Shown here: positions 9,318-18,737 of the stretch, piece after piece
How positions within the stretch are numbered: position 1 is the stretch's first letter
Layout of the letters: every line of letters starts with the position of its first letter
Assembly (NCBI GenBank): GCA_965220965.1
Contig: OZ244852.1
Location: 288,001-352,000, forward strand
Direction of reading: 5' to 3'
DNA length: 64,000 nucleotides
Source: Candidatus Marinacidobacterium sp.
GTDB taxonomy: Bacteria > Acidobacteriota > Vicinamibacteria > Marinacidobacterales > Marinacidobacteraceae
Position numbers and translations under genes: made by a program
Notes under the pieces: generated by a model
What the model was told of the DNA's origin: nothing
The model's input: the letters and a program-made list of their open reading frames with translations, nothing else
The model's database searches: none

Positions 9318-9696
9318 GCGGCCGCTCCCGAACCGGGACGGCGCCCGGCGGCGGTCTCCCGCCAGAGAGGTGAGGGAGGTTAGCAGCCGATGCGCCGCGT
9401 CCACGAGAGCGCTCCGGGAGCTGTCCCGTCCGCCTGCGTCGCGCCCGCCACGATGGGATAGACTTTTCGTCGTTCGTTCATCGTCGGCGATCCAACGGGT
9501 GGCGGCCTTCGCGTCCCCGTTCCGGATCCCGGTCGACCAGTTTCCGAACCGGCGTCGCGCCAGGGTTCTTCATCCCGCGGACGTCTTCGTTCCATTCCGG
9601 AGGAGCCTGGCCGGAAACCGTCCGGCTCCAACGTTTTCGAACCGGCGTCGACGCACGGAGCGTCGCGGGCGGGCGGTACCTTCCCCCTACTGACCG

Positions 9697-11562
9697 ATGT
9701 CCAACAGTTCGGCGCTCGCCGAGGCGGCAAGCGCCTCCGCAGGCCCTGAGACCGGCCGGATCGTCAACGATCTGACGATCCAGGTAGCCACGATCAACGG
9801 CTCCGGAAGCCAGTCCTCCAACCTCGTCCTCCTCCGGTCGCTGTTCCGGATGGGTATCCCGGTGGGGGGGAAGAACCTCTTCCCTTCGAACATCGCCGGG
9901 TTGCCCACCTGGTTCACGATCCGCGCGAACCACTCCGGGTGGGTGGCCCGCAAGCGGCGCGTCGACTTCCTCGTGGCGCTGAACCCGCAGACCGCCGCGC
10001 GCGATGTCCGGGCGCTCGAGCCCGGGAGCGCAGTGGTCTACGAGGAGTCAATGCGGCTCGAGCGCCAGCGCGACGATCTCGTCTTCTATCCGGTTCCGTT
10101 CCAGACGCTGGCCGGCGAGGTGACCCGGGAAACGCGGCTGCGGAAGCTGCTCGCCAACATGATCTATGTGGGCGTGCTCGGCGAGCTCCTCTCGATCCGC
10201 CAGGAGTCCATCGACGCCGCCATCGACGCCCAGTTCCGGCGCAAGAAAGCGGCCGTCGAGCTGAACCGCCGCGCGGTGCGGATCGGCGCCCGCTACGCGC
10301 GGGACACGCTGGAGAAACGCGATCCCTACGCGGTCGCCCCGATGAACGAGAACGAGGGCAAGATCCTGATCGACGGGAACGCAGCCGCGGCGCTCGGGGC
10401 GATGTTCGGGGGCGCCAGCGTCGCCACCTGGTACCCGATCACGCCTTCGTCCAGCCTGGTGGAGCAACTCGAGAAGTTCCTCCGCCAGCACCGGAAGGAC
10501 GCTGACGGCAAGGCGACCTACGCGGTGGTCCAGGCGGAGGACGAACTGGCTGCGGTGGGCATGGCGCTGGCGGCCGGCTGGGCCGGCGCCAGGGCGATGA
10601 CCGCCACCTCGGGCCCGGGAATCTCCCTCATGTCCGAGTTCGTCGGGCTCGGCTACTACGCGGAGATTCCGGCGGTCATCTGGAACATCCAGCGGGTGGG
10701 ACCCTCGACCGGGCTCCCCACGCGGACCGCCCAGGGCGACCTGATCTCGACCTACACGCTGTCCCACGGGGACACGAAGCACGTCTGCCTGCTTCCCGCT
10801 TCGACGGCGGAGTGCTTCGAGTTCGGCTGGAAGGCGTTCGACTTCGCCGAACGGCTCCAGACGCCGGTGTTCGTTCTCTCCGATCTGGACCTCGGCATGA
10901 ACATCTGGGCCACGGATCCCTTCGAGTATCCCGAGGGTCCGATGGATCGGGGCAAGGTCCTGACGAAAGAGGACCTGGAGCGGCTCGGATCCTTCCAGCG
11001 CTACGCCGACGTGGACGGGGACGGAATCCCCTGGCGGACGCTGCCCGGCGTCGAGCACCCGGCGGCGGCCTATTTCACCCGGGGCAGCGGCCACGACGAG
11101 AGCGCGGAATACACCGAGAGCGAGGAGGCCTATGTCCGGGTCATGGCCCGCCTCGACCGCAAGTTCGAAACGGCCCGGACGCTCGTGCCGCCTCCGGTGA
11201 TCCAGGCCACCGAGCCGCCGAGCGCCATCGGCATCATCGGCTTCGGGAGTTCCGATCCGCCGATCGAAGAGGCCCGGGTGATCCTGCGCGAGGAGGCGGG
11301 GATCGAGGTGGACTACCTCCGGCTGCGCGCGCTGCCGCTGTCTCCCGATGTGCTCGACTTCATCACCTCCCGGCGCCTGGTCGTTGTGCTCGACCAGAAC
11401 CGGGACGGCCAGCTCCTCCAGTTGCTGCGCGCCGAATTCGGGGATCGCGTTCCGTCGGGCGTCTTGCGGAGTCTCCGCCACTTCAACGGGCTTCCGGTGG
11501 ACGCCCGGACGATCGTCGACGCCATCGCCGCGATGGAGATGGGCGCCGCGCCGCTTTCCTGA
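9697..11562 (+). CDS. korA: 2-oxoacid:ferredoxin oxidoreductase alpha subunit (gamma-alpha fusion)
   Basis: NGSGSQS, WYPITPSS, QAEDELAA, TATSGPGISLM and QRVGPSTGLPTRT motifs. Confidence 0.93.
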   Translation: MSNSSALAEAASASAGPETGRIVNDLTIQVATINGSGSQSSNLVLLRSLFRMGIPVGGKNLFPSNIAGLPTWFTIRANHSGWVARKRRVDFLVALNPQTAARDVRALEPGSAVVYEESMRLERQRDDLVFYPVPFQTLAGEVTRETRLRKLLANMIYVGVLGELLSIRQESIDAAIDAQFRRKKAAVELNRRAVRIGARYARDTLEKRDPYAVAPMNENEGKILIDGNAAAALGAMFGGASVATWYPITPSSSLVEQLEKFLRQHRKDADGKATYAVVQAEDELAAVGMALAAGWAGARAMTATSGPGISLMSEFVGLGYYAEIPAVIWNIQRVGPSTGLPTRTAQGDLISTYTLSHGDTKHVCLLPASTAECFEFGWKAFDFAERLQTPVFVLSDLDLGMNIWATDPFEYPEGPMDRGKVLTKEDLERLGSFQRYADVDGDGIPWRTLPGVEHPAAAYFTRGSGHDESAEYTESEEAYVRVMARLDRKFETARTLVPPPVIQATEPPSAIGIIGFGSSDPPIEEARVILREEAGIEVDYLRLRALPLSPDVLDFITSRRLVVVLDQNRDGQLLQLLRAEFGDRVPSGVLRSLRHFNGLPVDARTIVDAIAAMEMGAAPLS

Positions 11563-11611
11563 CAGGATCCTCCTTCCGGGAACGACCCCGCACGACCCGC
11601 CCGACCACGAC

Positions 11612-12658
11612 ATGCCCGACCCTGCACCGACCGCCAGAAAACCCCGCGAGAACCGCCTTGGCCTGCGCGCCGGGGACTACCGGGGGAAGCCTTCGACGCT
11701 GTGCAAGGGGTGTGGCCACGACGCCATCTCGAGCCAGTTGATCCGGGCCTTCTACGAGTCCGACATCGAGCCGCACCGGGTCGCCAAGCTGTCCGGGATC
11801 GGGTGCTCCTCGAAGACGCCCGCCTACTTCCTCGGGCGAAGCCACGGTTTCAACTCGGTCCACGGGCGCATGCCCTCGGTGGCCACCGGGACGATGCTCG
11901 CGAACCGCGAGCTCATCGCGGTGGGCGTCTCCGGGGACGGGGACACCGCCTCCATCGGGATCGGCCAGTTCGTCCACCTGGTGCGCCGCAATCTGCCCCT
12001 CATCTACATCGTCGAGAACAACGGGGTCTACGGACTGACCAAGGGACAGTTCTCCGCGACCGCCGACGAGAACGCGAAGCTGCGCTCGGGCGAAGTGAAC
12101 CGCCTCCCGAACATCGACCTCTGCTCCATGGCGGTCGAACTGGGGGCGACCTACGTGGCGCGCTCCTTCGCCGGCGACCCGAAACAGCTCGTCGCGCTCC
12201 TGCGAGGCGCGCTCGCTCACAATGGCATCGCCTTCCTGGACATCCTCAGCCCCTGCGTGACCTTCAACAACCACACCGGGTCGACCAAGAGCTACACCTG
12301 GGGGAAGGACAACGAGGAGCCGATCCACCTCGTCGACTTCATTCCCGAGTACGCGCAGATCGAGGTGGACTACGAGGAGGGCGCCACCCAGGACGTGCAG
12401 CTCCACGACGGCTCCTGGATCCGCCTGAACAAGCTGGACGCCGACTATGACCCGACGAATCGTCGGGCGGCCCGCGAGTTGCTCCTCGACGCCCAGGAGA
12501 ACAACCGGTTCGTGACCGGCCTGCTCTACCTGGATCCCGAGAAGCCGACCTTCCTCGACACGCTCGAAATGACGGATACGCCGCTGGCGATGCTCGACGA
12601 GGCCAGCCTGCGCCCGCCGCGCGAAGCGCTCGACGAGGCCATCGCCGCCTACCGCTGA
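11612..12658 (+). CDS. korB: 2-oxoacid:ferredoxin oxidoreductase beta subunit
   Basis: LCKGCGH, SGIGCSSK, HGR, the TPP-binding motif GDGD...NNGVYGLTKGQ, and SPCVTFN. Confidence 0.93.
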   Translation: MPDPAPTARKPRENRLGLRAGDYRGKPSTLCKGCGHDAISSQLIRAFYESDIEPHRVAKLSGIGCSSKTPAYFLGRSHGFNSVHGRMPSVATGTMLANRELIAVGVSGDGDTASIGIGQFVHLVRRNLPLIYIVENNGVYGLTKGQFSATADENAKLRSGEVNRLPNIDLCSMAVELGATYVARSFAGDPKQLVALLRGALAHNGIAFLDILSPCVTFNNHTGSTKSYTWGKDNEEPIHLVDFIPEYAQIEVDYEEGATQDVQLHDGSWIRLNKLDADYDPTNRRAARELLLDAQENNRFVTGLLYLDPEKPTFLDTLEMTDTPLAMLDEASLRPPREALDEAIAAYR

Positions 12659-12736
12659 CCGGGGGGCCGCGCCCCGCGGCGCGCGGCCGCGGCGAAGCGG
12701 TATCTTCTGTCCTCACGCGCTTCCGGGAGGACTGCG

Positions 12737-14779
12737 ATGACCCATCCTGTGTTCTTCGGCTCGTCGGGATCCTTCCGGCGGTTCGCCGCCTTCGCGGCTC
12801 TCGCCGCCCTGACGGCTCTTCCGGCGGCTGGCCAGTCCCGGAACTTCACGATCGCCGACGCGCTGGGGGTGGCCTCGGTGTCGGATCCGCAGCTCTCGCC
12901 CGATGCGGAGCAGGTCGCCTACGTGGTCTCCCGGATCGACCTCGAGGAGAACGCGTCCTCCAGCCGCATTCATGTGGTTCCCTTTGCCGGCGGCGCCTCG
13001 CGACCGCTGACCCGCCCCGGGCGCTCCGCTTCCCATCCGCGGTACTCGCCCGACGGGACCCGGCTCGCCTTTCTGGCCGCCGGCGAGGGAGATCGCACCC
13101 GGATCTGGATCCTGCCGCTCGCGGGCGGCGAGGCCCGGGAGCTGAGTTCGCTCCCCGGAGGCGCGTCATCGTTCGTGTGGGCCCCGGATGGGAGTTCGCT
13201 CGCCGTCGTGTCGATGGAGCCGGATCCGGATGCCGGAAAGGACGACGCCCAGCCAAGGCCGCTGGTGATCGATCGGCTTCAGTTCAAGCGCGACGGGCGC
13301 GGCTACCTCGACGACCGGCGGCAGCGGATCTGGCTGGTGGACGCCGGGACCGGCGCCCATCGGCAGCTCACCCACGGACCCTGGGACGCCCGATCGCCGG
13401 CGTTTTCCCCGGACTCCTCCGAGGTCGCCTTCGTGAGCGTGCGGCCGGAAGGAGGCGGCGATCCGGACGCCACCGACAACTCGGACATCTTCGTGGTCCC
13501 CGTCGAGGCCGACGCCGAAACGGAACCCGTCCGGCTGACGTCGAACCCCGGTCCGGACCGGTCCCCGGTCTTCAGCCCGGATGGGAACTGGTTGCTCCAC
13601 ACCGGCAACCGGAAGCCCGAACTCATCTGGTACGCCGGGGAACGGCTGTTCGCCATGGACCGGAACACCGACGAGATCACCGTGGTGGCGGCGGAGCTCG
13701 ACCGGAACCTGGGGTCACCCCGGTTCGGGGGCGACTCCGACCGGGTCTTCGCCCTCCTCGAGGACGAGGGGAACCGGCACCTCGCGACATTCGACATCGC
13801 GGAGGACGCGGCGCCGAACCGGATCGTTGCGGGCGAGCGGACGCTGCGCCAGTTCTCGGTCCGCGGGGCGCGGGCCGCGTTCACCGCGGCGACGCCGGAC
13901 CGGCCCGCCGAACTGTTCGCGTGGGACGGGACCGGAGAGCCCCGCCGGCTGACCGGGCACAACGACGGCCTTCTCGCCGAGGTCCGACTCGGCGAGGTCG
14001 AACGGATCACCTTCCCGAGCTCGGACGGAACATCGATCCAGGGCTTCGTCACGAAGCCGCCCGACTTCCAGCCAGGCAGGCGCTACCCGACGATCCTGTG
14101 GATCCACGGCGGCCCCGTCTCCCAGTTCTCCACCGCGTTCCAGAGCACCTGGCAGGTCTTCGCGGCGAACGGCTACGTCGTGGTCGCCGCGAACCCGCGC
14201 GGCTCCTCGGGGCGGGGAGAGGACTTCTCCGCCGCCATCTGGGCGGACTGGGGAAACCTGGACTACGAGGATGTGAACGCCGCGGTGGACCACGTGATCG
14301 ATCTCGGCTACGCCGATCCCGATCGTCTGGGCGTGGGCGGCTGGAGTTACGGCGGCATCCTGACGAACTACGTCATCACGAAGACGACCCGGTTCCACGC
14401 CGCGGTGAGCGGCTCCAGCGAGACGGACTACCGGGCGGCCTACGGGAACGACCACTACCAGCTCGAATGGGAACTCGAGCTGGGCCTCCCGTGGGAGAAC
14501 CCGGACCTCTACGAACGCCTGTCGCCGATCGCCCGGGTCCACCACGTGACCACGCCGACGCTCGTCCTCTGCGGCGAAAAGGACTGGAACGTCCCGCTGA
14601 GCCAGTCGGAGAACCTCTACCAGAGCCTCCGGCGGCTGGGAGTTCCGACGCAGCTCATCATCTATCCGGGGCAGAGCCACGGCATCCGGTTGCCCAGCTT
14701 CCAGAAGGACCGATACGAGCGGTACGTCGCCTGGTTCGACCGCTTCCTCAAGGCCTCGCCGGAGACCGACGACCGGTAG
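12737..14779 (+). CDS. S9 family peptidase (acylaminoacyl/dipeptidyl peptidase), secreted
   Basis: Signal peptide, PD40-like SPDG repeats, IHGGP, GWSYGG nucleophile, Asp in GEKDWNV and His in QSHG. Confidence 0.92.
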   Translation: MTHPVFFGSSGSFRRFAAFAALAALTALPAAGQSRNFTIADALGVASVSDPQLSPDAEQVAYVVSRIDLEENASSSRIHVVPFAGGASRPLTRPGRSASHPRYSPDGTRLAFLAAGEGDRTRIWILPLAGGEARELSSLPGGASSFVWAPDGSSLAVVSMEPDPDAGKDDAQPRPLVIDRLQFKRDGRGYLDDRRQRIWLVDAGTGAHRQLTHGPWDARSPAFSPDSSEVAFVSVRPEGGGDPDATDNSDIFVVPVEADAETEPVRLTSNPGPDRSPVFSPDGNWLLHTGNRKPELIWYAGERLFAMDRNTDEITVVAAELDRNLGSPRFGGDSDRVFALLEDEGNRHLATFDIAEDAAPNRIVAGERTLRQFSVRGARAAFTAATPDRPAELFAWDGTGEPRRLTGHNDGLLAEVRLGEVERITFPSSDGTSIQGFVTKPPDFQPGRRYPTILWIHGGPVSQFSTAFQSTWQVFAANGYVVVAANPRGSSGRGEDFSAAIWADWGNLDYEDVNAAVDHVIDLGYADPDRLGVGGWSYGGILTNYVITKTTRFHAAVSGSSETDYRAAYGNDHYQLEWELELGLPWENPDLYERLSPIARVHHVTTPTLVLCGEKDWNVPLSQSENLYQSLRRLGVPTQLIIYPGQSHGIRLPSFQKDRYERYVAWFDRFLKASPETDDR

Positions 14780-14810
14780 GACAACAGCGGCCGTTCGTGG
14801 TTGCGGCCTC

Positions 14811-14837
14811 GCCGCCCCGCTCGCGAAGCGGGGCGGC
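14811..14837. terminator. GC-rich hairpin between convergent genes, possible bidirectional terminator
   Basis: GCCGCCCCGCT/AGCGGGGCGGC 11-bp stem; no U-tract. Confidence 0.45.
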
Positions 14838-14864
14838 TCCGTGGGCGCCTCGCCGCCCCGCGGG

Positions 14865-17183
14865 TCAGAACCGGTAGCGGATCTGGCCGATGACCTGGCG
14901 CTTCAGGATATCTCCGAAGATGTGCTGCTGGATCTCCTGGTTCAGGAGGTTGACCACCCGCAGCGATGGCCGGATCCGGCCCTCCATCAGGTTCAGCGTC
15001 ATCGACGCGTTGACCATCGTGTAGGGCTCGGTCCAGCCGATGAACCAGAGCACATCGGTGAACAGCGCCCGGTCCGAGTAGTTCACCGAAGCGCCGATCT
15101 CGACGGGGTCGAAGTTGGCGTCGATTCCGGCGTTCACCCGGTGCGCCGCCGGGATGGCGATCTCCTCGATGTCATCCGCGCTGTACCCCTCGGTCACCGG
15201 CTCGGCCTGCCAGGAGTAGTTGAGATAGCCGCGGTACCGGCCCCGGCGCGCGTTCAGGCCCAGTTCCACGCCGGTGTTGCGGATGAGCTCCCGGTTCACG
15301 TAGGTCAGCGTGCGGGGCAGTTGCACATCGGCCAGCGCGGCCAGCAGCTCGATCAGCGCTCCCGGGCTCCGGCCAACCGCCTCGACGGCGGGAGGCAGGG
15401 TTCCGGGGGGCAGCGCCGCGCCCACTTCGGCGATGAACTGCGAGCTCTCGGTCGCCGCTTCGATCCAGCCAGCCGGCGGATCGGCGCCGGACCAGAACGT
15501 CTCATCGGTGAAGTCGATGCTGCCCCGGGTGTCATTGCGGTACCAGGCGGCGGTGGCCCCGAGCCAGTCGGTAAGCGCTCCCGACCATCCCACCTCGTAC
15601 GCCGTCAGGCGTTCGGGCGCCAGCACATCGCTGCCCTGCGCGGTGAAGGGGAGGCGGTACTGGATCGGCGCCGGAAGGGCGGAATCGGGTAGCCGGAGCG
15701 TGGGGAAGAAGCTGCGGAAAGCCGGCCGGAGATCGATCTCGATCTCGGTGGAGACCGGGACGCTCAGGAAGGTGTTCGACAGCGACGGCGCCCGGAACGC
15801 CCGGTTGTAGCTGACCCGGAACGACTGCCTGGGCGTCGGCTTGAAGATGACCGTCGTTCGCGGCGAGAACTCGAACTCGTCCAGCGTGCTGATCCGGTCG
15901 GCGCGGGCGCCCACGATCCAGCGCAGCCGGTCGCTCAGGAAGATCTCGTCGTGGACGAAGAACCCCTGCTCGTTCCGGCCGTCCCCAAGCGGGGCCAGCC
16001 CGAAGTCCAGGCGGACGAGCCGGATGTTGCCGCCGTAGCTCAGAACGTTGCGGGTCCCGAGGAAGCGGGTGTCCTTCAGGCTGATGTCGAAGGTCTCGGT
16101 GTTCAGGTGCGAGTTGATGACCTCGCCGGCGGGGTCCTGGGTCAGCATGGCGTCGAACGTGGCGCGCGTGCTGTTCACGAAAGCGCCGATCTCCATGTTC
16201 CCGCGCAGGTACTGGGCCCTTCCGTAGGACATGGCGGTCCCGGGCTGGATCTCGAAGGGGCCGAGCCCGCTGTGGAGCATTCCCGAGCTTCCGGCGTAAC
16301 CGCCGGTGAGGCGGAAGGCGCTGGTCCGGTCCGGCGCATCCCAGTCGAGGCGGAAGTCCACCTTCGGGTTCCGCGCATCGAGGGGTTCGACCCCCGGGTA
16401 GACGACGCCGTCCGAGTTGGGGATCTCACCCACCGGACGGGCGAGCGGATCGTAGGCGGCGTAGCCGACCCTCAGCCGGAACGCCAGCGTGTCGCTCAGC
16501 ACCTGGGAGTGGGTGAGGCTCGTGGTGAGGTTCGTGCCCGGATCCAGCGACTGCCCGGTCACGTTGCGGTCGAACGTCCCGAACCGGAAATCGAGCGTCG
16601 TGCCGGGGTTGTCGCGGGGGGAGCGGGTGATCAGGTTGACGACGCCGCTCATGGCGTTCGCTCCCCACACCGCGGACGCCGGTCCGTTGACCACTTCCAC
16701 CCGCTCGAGGTCGTCCATGCCCACCGAGATCAGGTCCCAGGCCACGAACCCGAAGAAGTCCTGATAGACCGAACGGCCGTCCACCAGCACGAGCTGCGAG
16801 GTGGCGAGCGTTCCGGAGGATCCCCGACTCGTGACGCTCAGGTCCCGGTTGGACATCTGCGTCACGTTCACCCCGGGCGCCTGCCGGATCAGATCGCCGA
16901 TGGAGTCGGAGGCCTGGCTCTGGATCAGGTCGGCGTCGATGACGGCCACCGCCGCCGGAGCGTTCACGATTTCCTGCTCGAGGCGCGAGGCGGAGACCAC
17001 GACGGTCTCGGCGAACCGGAGGTCCTCCAGTTCGGAGGCCTCCTCCGTCTCCTGGGAGGCCTCCGACTCCTCGCTTTCCTGGGGAGGGTCCTCGGCCGCC
17101 TGTTCCTGGGACATGGCCGCGGGAGCCCCGAGGAGGAGCGTCATGGCGAGCGCGGCCGCCGGAAGATGCTTGGTGTCCTTCAT
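14865..17183 (-). CDS. TonB-dependent receptor
   Basis: Signal peptide, TonB-box-like ETVVVSA, plug motifs LVLVDGR and RVEVVNGPASAVWGANAMSGVVNLIT, and a C-terminal YRF. Confidence 0.93.
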   Translation of the reverse strand: MKDTKHLPAAALAMTLLLGAPAAMSQEQAAEDPPQESEESEASQETEEASELEDLRFAETVVVSASRLEQEIVNAPAAVAVIDADLIQSQASDSIGDLIRQAPGVNVTQMSNRDLSVTSRGSSGTLATSQLVLVDGRSVYQDFFGFVAWDLISVGMDDLERVEVVNGPASAVWGANAMSGVVNLITRSPRDNPGTTLDFRFGTFDRNVTGQSLDPGTNLTTSLTHSQVLSDTLAFRLRVGYAAYDPLARPVGEIPNSDGVVYPGVEPLDARNPKVDFRLDWDAPDRTSAFRLTGGYAGSSGMLHSGLGPFEIQPGTAMSYGRAQYLRGNMEIGAFVNSTRATFDAMLTQDPAGEVINSHLNTETFDISLKDTRFLGTRNVLSYGGNIRLVRLDFGLAPLGDGRNEQGFFVHDEIFLSDRLRWIVGARADRISTLDEFEFSPRTTVIFKPTPRQSFRVSYNRAFRAPSLSNTFLSVPVSTEIEIDLRPAFRSFFPTLRLPDSALPAPIQYRLPFTAQGSDVLAPERLTAYEVGWSGALTDWLGATAAWYRNDTRGSIDFTDETFWSGADPPAGWIEAATESSQFIAEVGAALPPGTLPPAVEAVGRSPGALIELLAALADVQLPRTLTYVNRELIRNTGVELGLNARRGRYRGYLNYSWQAEPVTEGYSADDIEEIAIPAAHRVNAGIDANFDPVEIGASVNYSDRALFTDVLWFIGWTEPYTMVNASMTLNLMEGRIRPSLRVVNLLNQEIQQHIFGDILKRQVIGQIRYRF

Positions 17184-17296
17184 GAGTCCTCTCCCCCGGG
17201 GGGGACATTTCGGCGGCTATCCTACCCGGGCGCTCCGGGAGGGGTGAGACCGGGCGCGCGCAGCCCGTTCGCATCCCGTCCCGGCTGGTTCCCGGC

Positions 17297-18712
17297 ATGC
17301 CATCCGTCACGCAGTCCCAGGTTCTGGAGGCCCTGTCCGCGGTCCCGAACCCGGACTTCGACGGGTCGAGCATCGTCGACCTCGGACAGGTGGCCGAGGT
17401 GCGGGTCTGCGCTCCCATCGTCAGCGTGGCGGTGAATCTGCCCAACGTGGCCACCGGCGCCGGCGAGGCGATCCGGCGCGCCGCGCGCGAGGCTCTGCTG
17501 GGTCTGCCCGGGATCGAGCGGGCGGAGGTGTCTCTCCGGGCGACCGTCCCGGTCTCGCCGGCGCCGCGGGTCGGGGGACCGGCGCCGCAGCGGGGGCCGG
17601 GCCCGTCGCCCTCGACGCCGAGCAGGCCCGAGGGGGTCCGGAACGTCATCGCGGTGGCCTCCGGCAAGGGCGGGGTCGGCAAGAGCACGGTCTCGGCGAA
17701 CCTGGCCGCGGCCCTCGCCGCCGACGGCGCGCGGGTGGGGCTCCTGGACGCCGATGTCTACGGGCCGTCGCAGACCACCATGTTCGGGCGCGACGACCGC
17801 CCGCAGACCGACGACAAACGGCGCCTGCTCCCGCTGGAGGCGCACGGCGTCCGGTTCATCTCGATGGGCATGCTCTCCTCGAGGGAGACGCCGGTGATCT
17901 GGCGGGGTCCGATGGCTTCCCGGCTCGTCCAGCAGTTCTTCTCCGGCGTCGTCTGGGGCGAGCTGGACTACCTGCTCGTGGACCTGCCTCCCGGAACCGG
18001 AGATGTCCAGCTCACGATCGCGCAGACCGCGGCGCTGGCGGGCGCCGTCATCGTGACGACGCCGCAGGCGGTGGCGCGCACGATCGCGGAGAAGGGCCTG
18101 CGGATGTTCCAGCCGGTCCAGGTGCCGGTGCTCGGCGTCGTGGAGAACATGAGCGGGTTCGCCTGCCCCCGTTGCGGGGATGTCACCGACATCTTCTCGC
18201 AGGGCGGGGGGGAGAGCGTGGCGCGGGACCTCGGCCTGGATTTTCTGGGCCGCATCCCGATCGATCCCCGAATCGTGACCGCGGGGGACGAGGGGGTCCC
18301 GAGCGTGGTGCGCGAACCCGAGAGTCCGGCGGCCGCGGCCTTCCGGGACATCGCCGGTCGGGTGTCGCTCGCGGTGGCGAGGGGCAACGACGGGGTGGCG
18401 GGAGGGCTCGCCGCGTCGATCGATGCAGGCGACGGCGCGATCGTGGTCCGGTGGGCGGATGGCGAGACCGATCATCTCGACTTCGAGCTTCTGAGGAACC
18501 ACTGCCCCTGCGCCACCTGCGTGGACGAGTGGAGCGGCAAGCGCCGCTCGCTGACGCTGCTGCTGCCGTCCAATTTCGGTCCGAGTCGCCTCGTCCCGGT
18601 CGGGAACTACGGCGTCCAGATCCACTGGAACGACGGCCACGAGACGGGGATCTACAGCCACCAGCTTCTCCGGCGGCTGGCGCGCCAGAGTTCGGCGGCG
18701 GCGTCCGCCTGA
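17297..18712 (+). CDS. mrp: Mrp/ApbC/NBP35 Fe-S carrier ATPase with N-terminal DUF59-like and C-terminal DUF971-like domains
   Basis: ASGKGGVGKST, DADVYGPS, WRGPM, DLPPGTGD and ENMSGFACPRC motifs; C-terminal LRNHCPCATC...VGNYGVQIHWNDGHETGIYS. Confidence 0.9.
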   Translation: MPSVTQSQVLEALSAVPNPDFDGSSIVDLGQVAEVRVCAPIVSVAVNLPNVATGAGEAIRRAAREALLGLPGIERAEVSLRATVPVSPAPRVGGPAPQRGPGPSPSTPSRPEGVRNVIAVASGKGGVGKSTVSANLAAALAADGARVGLLDADVYGPSQTTMFGRDDRPQTDDKRRLLPLEAHGVRFISMGMLSSRETPVIWRGPMASRLVQQFFSGVVWGELDYLLVDLPPGTGDVQLTIAQTAALAGAVIVTTPQAVARTIAEKGLRMFQPVQVPVLGVVENMSGFACPRCGDVTDIFSQGGGESVARDLGLDFLGRIPIDPRIVTAGDEGVPSVVREPESPAAAAFRDIAGRVSLAVARGNDGVAGGLAASIDAGDGAIVVRWADGETDHLDFELLRNHCPCATCVDEWSGKRRSLTLLLPSNFGPSRLVPVGNYGVQIHWNDGHETGIYSHQLLRRLARQSSAAASA

Positions 18713-18737
18713 AGCCGAAGGCTCCCGCCGGTCCAAC

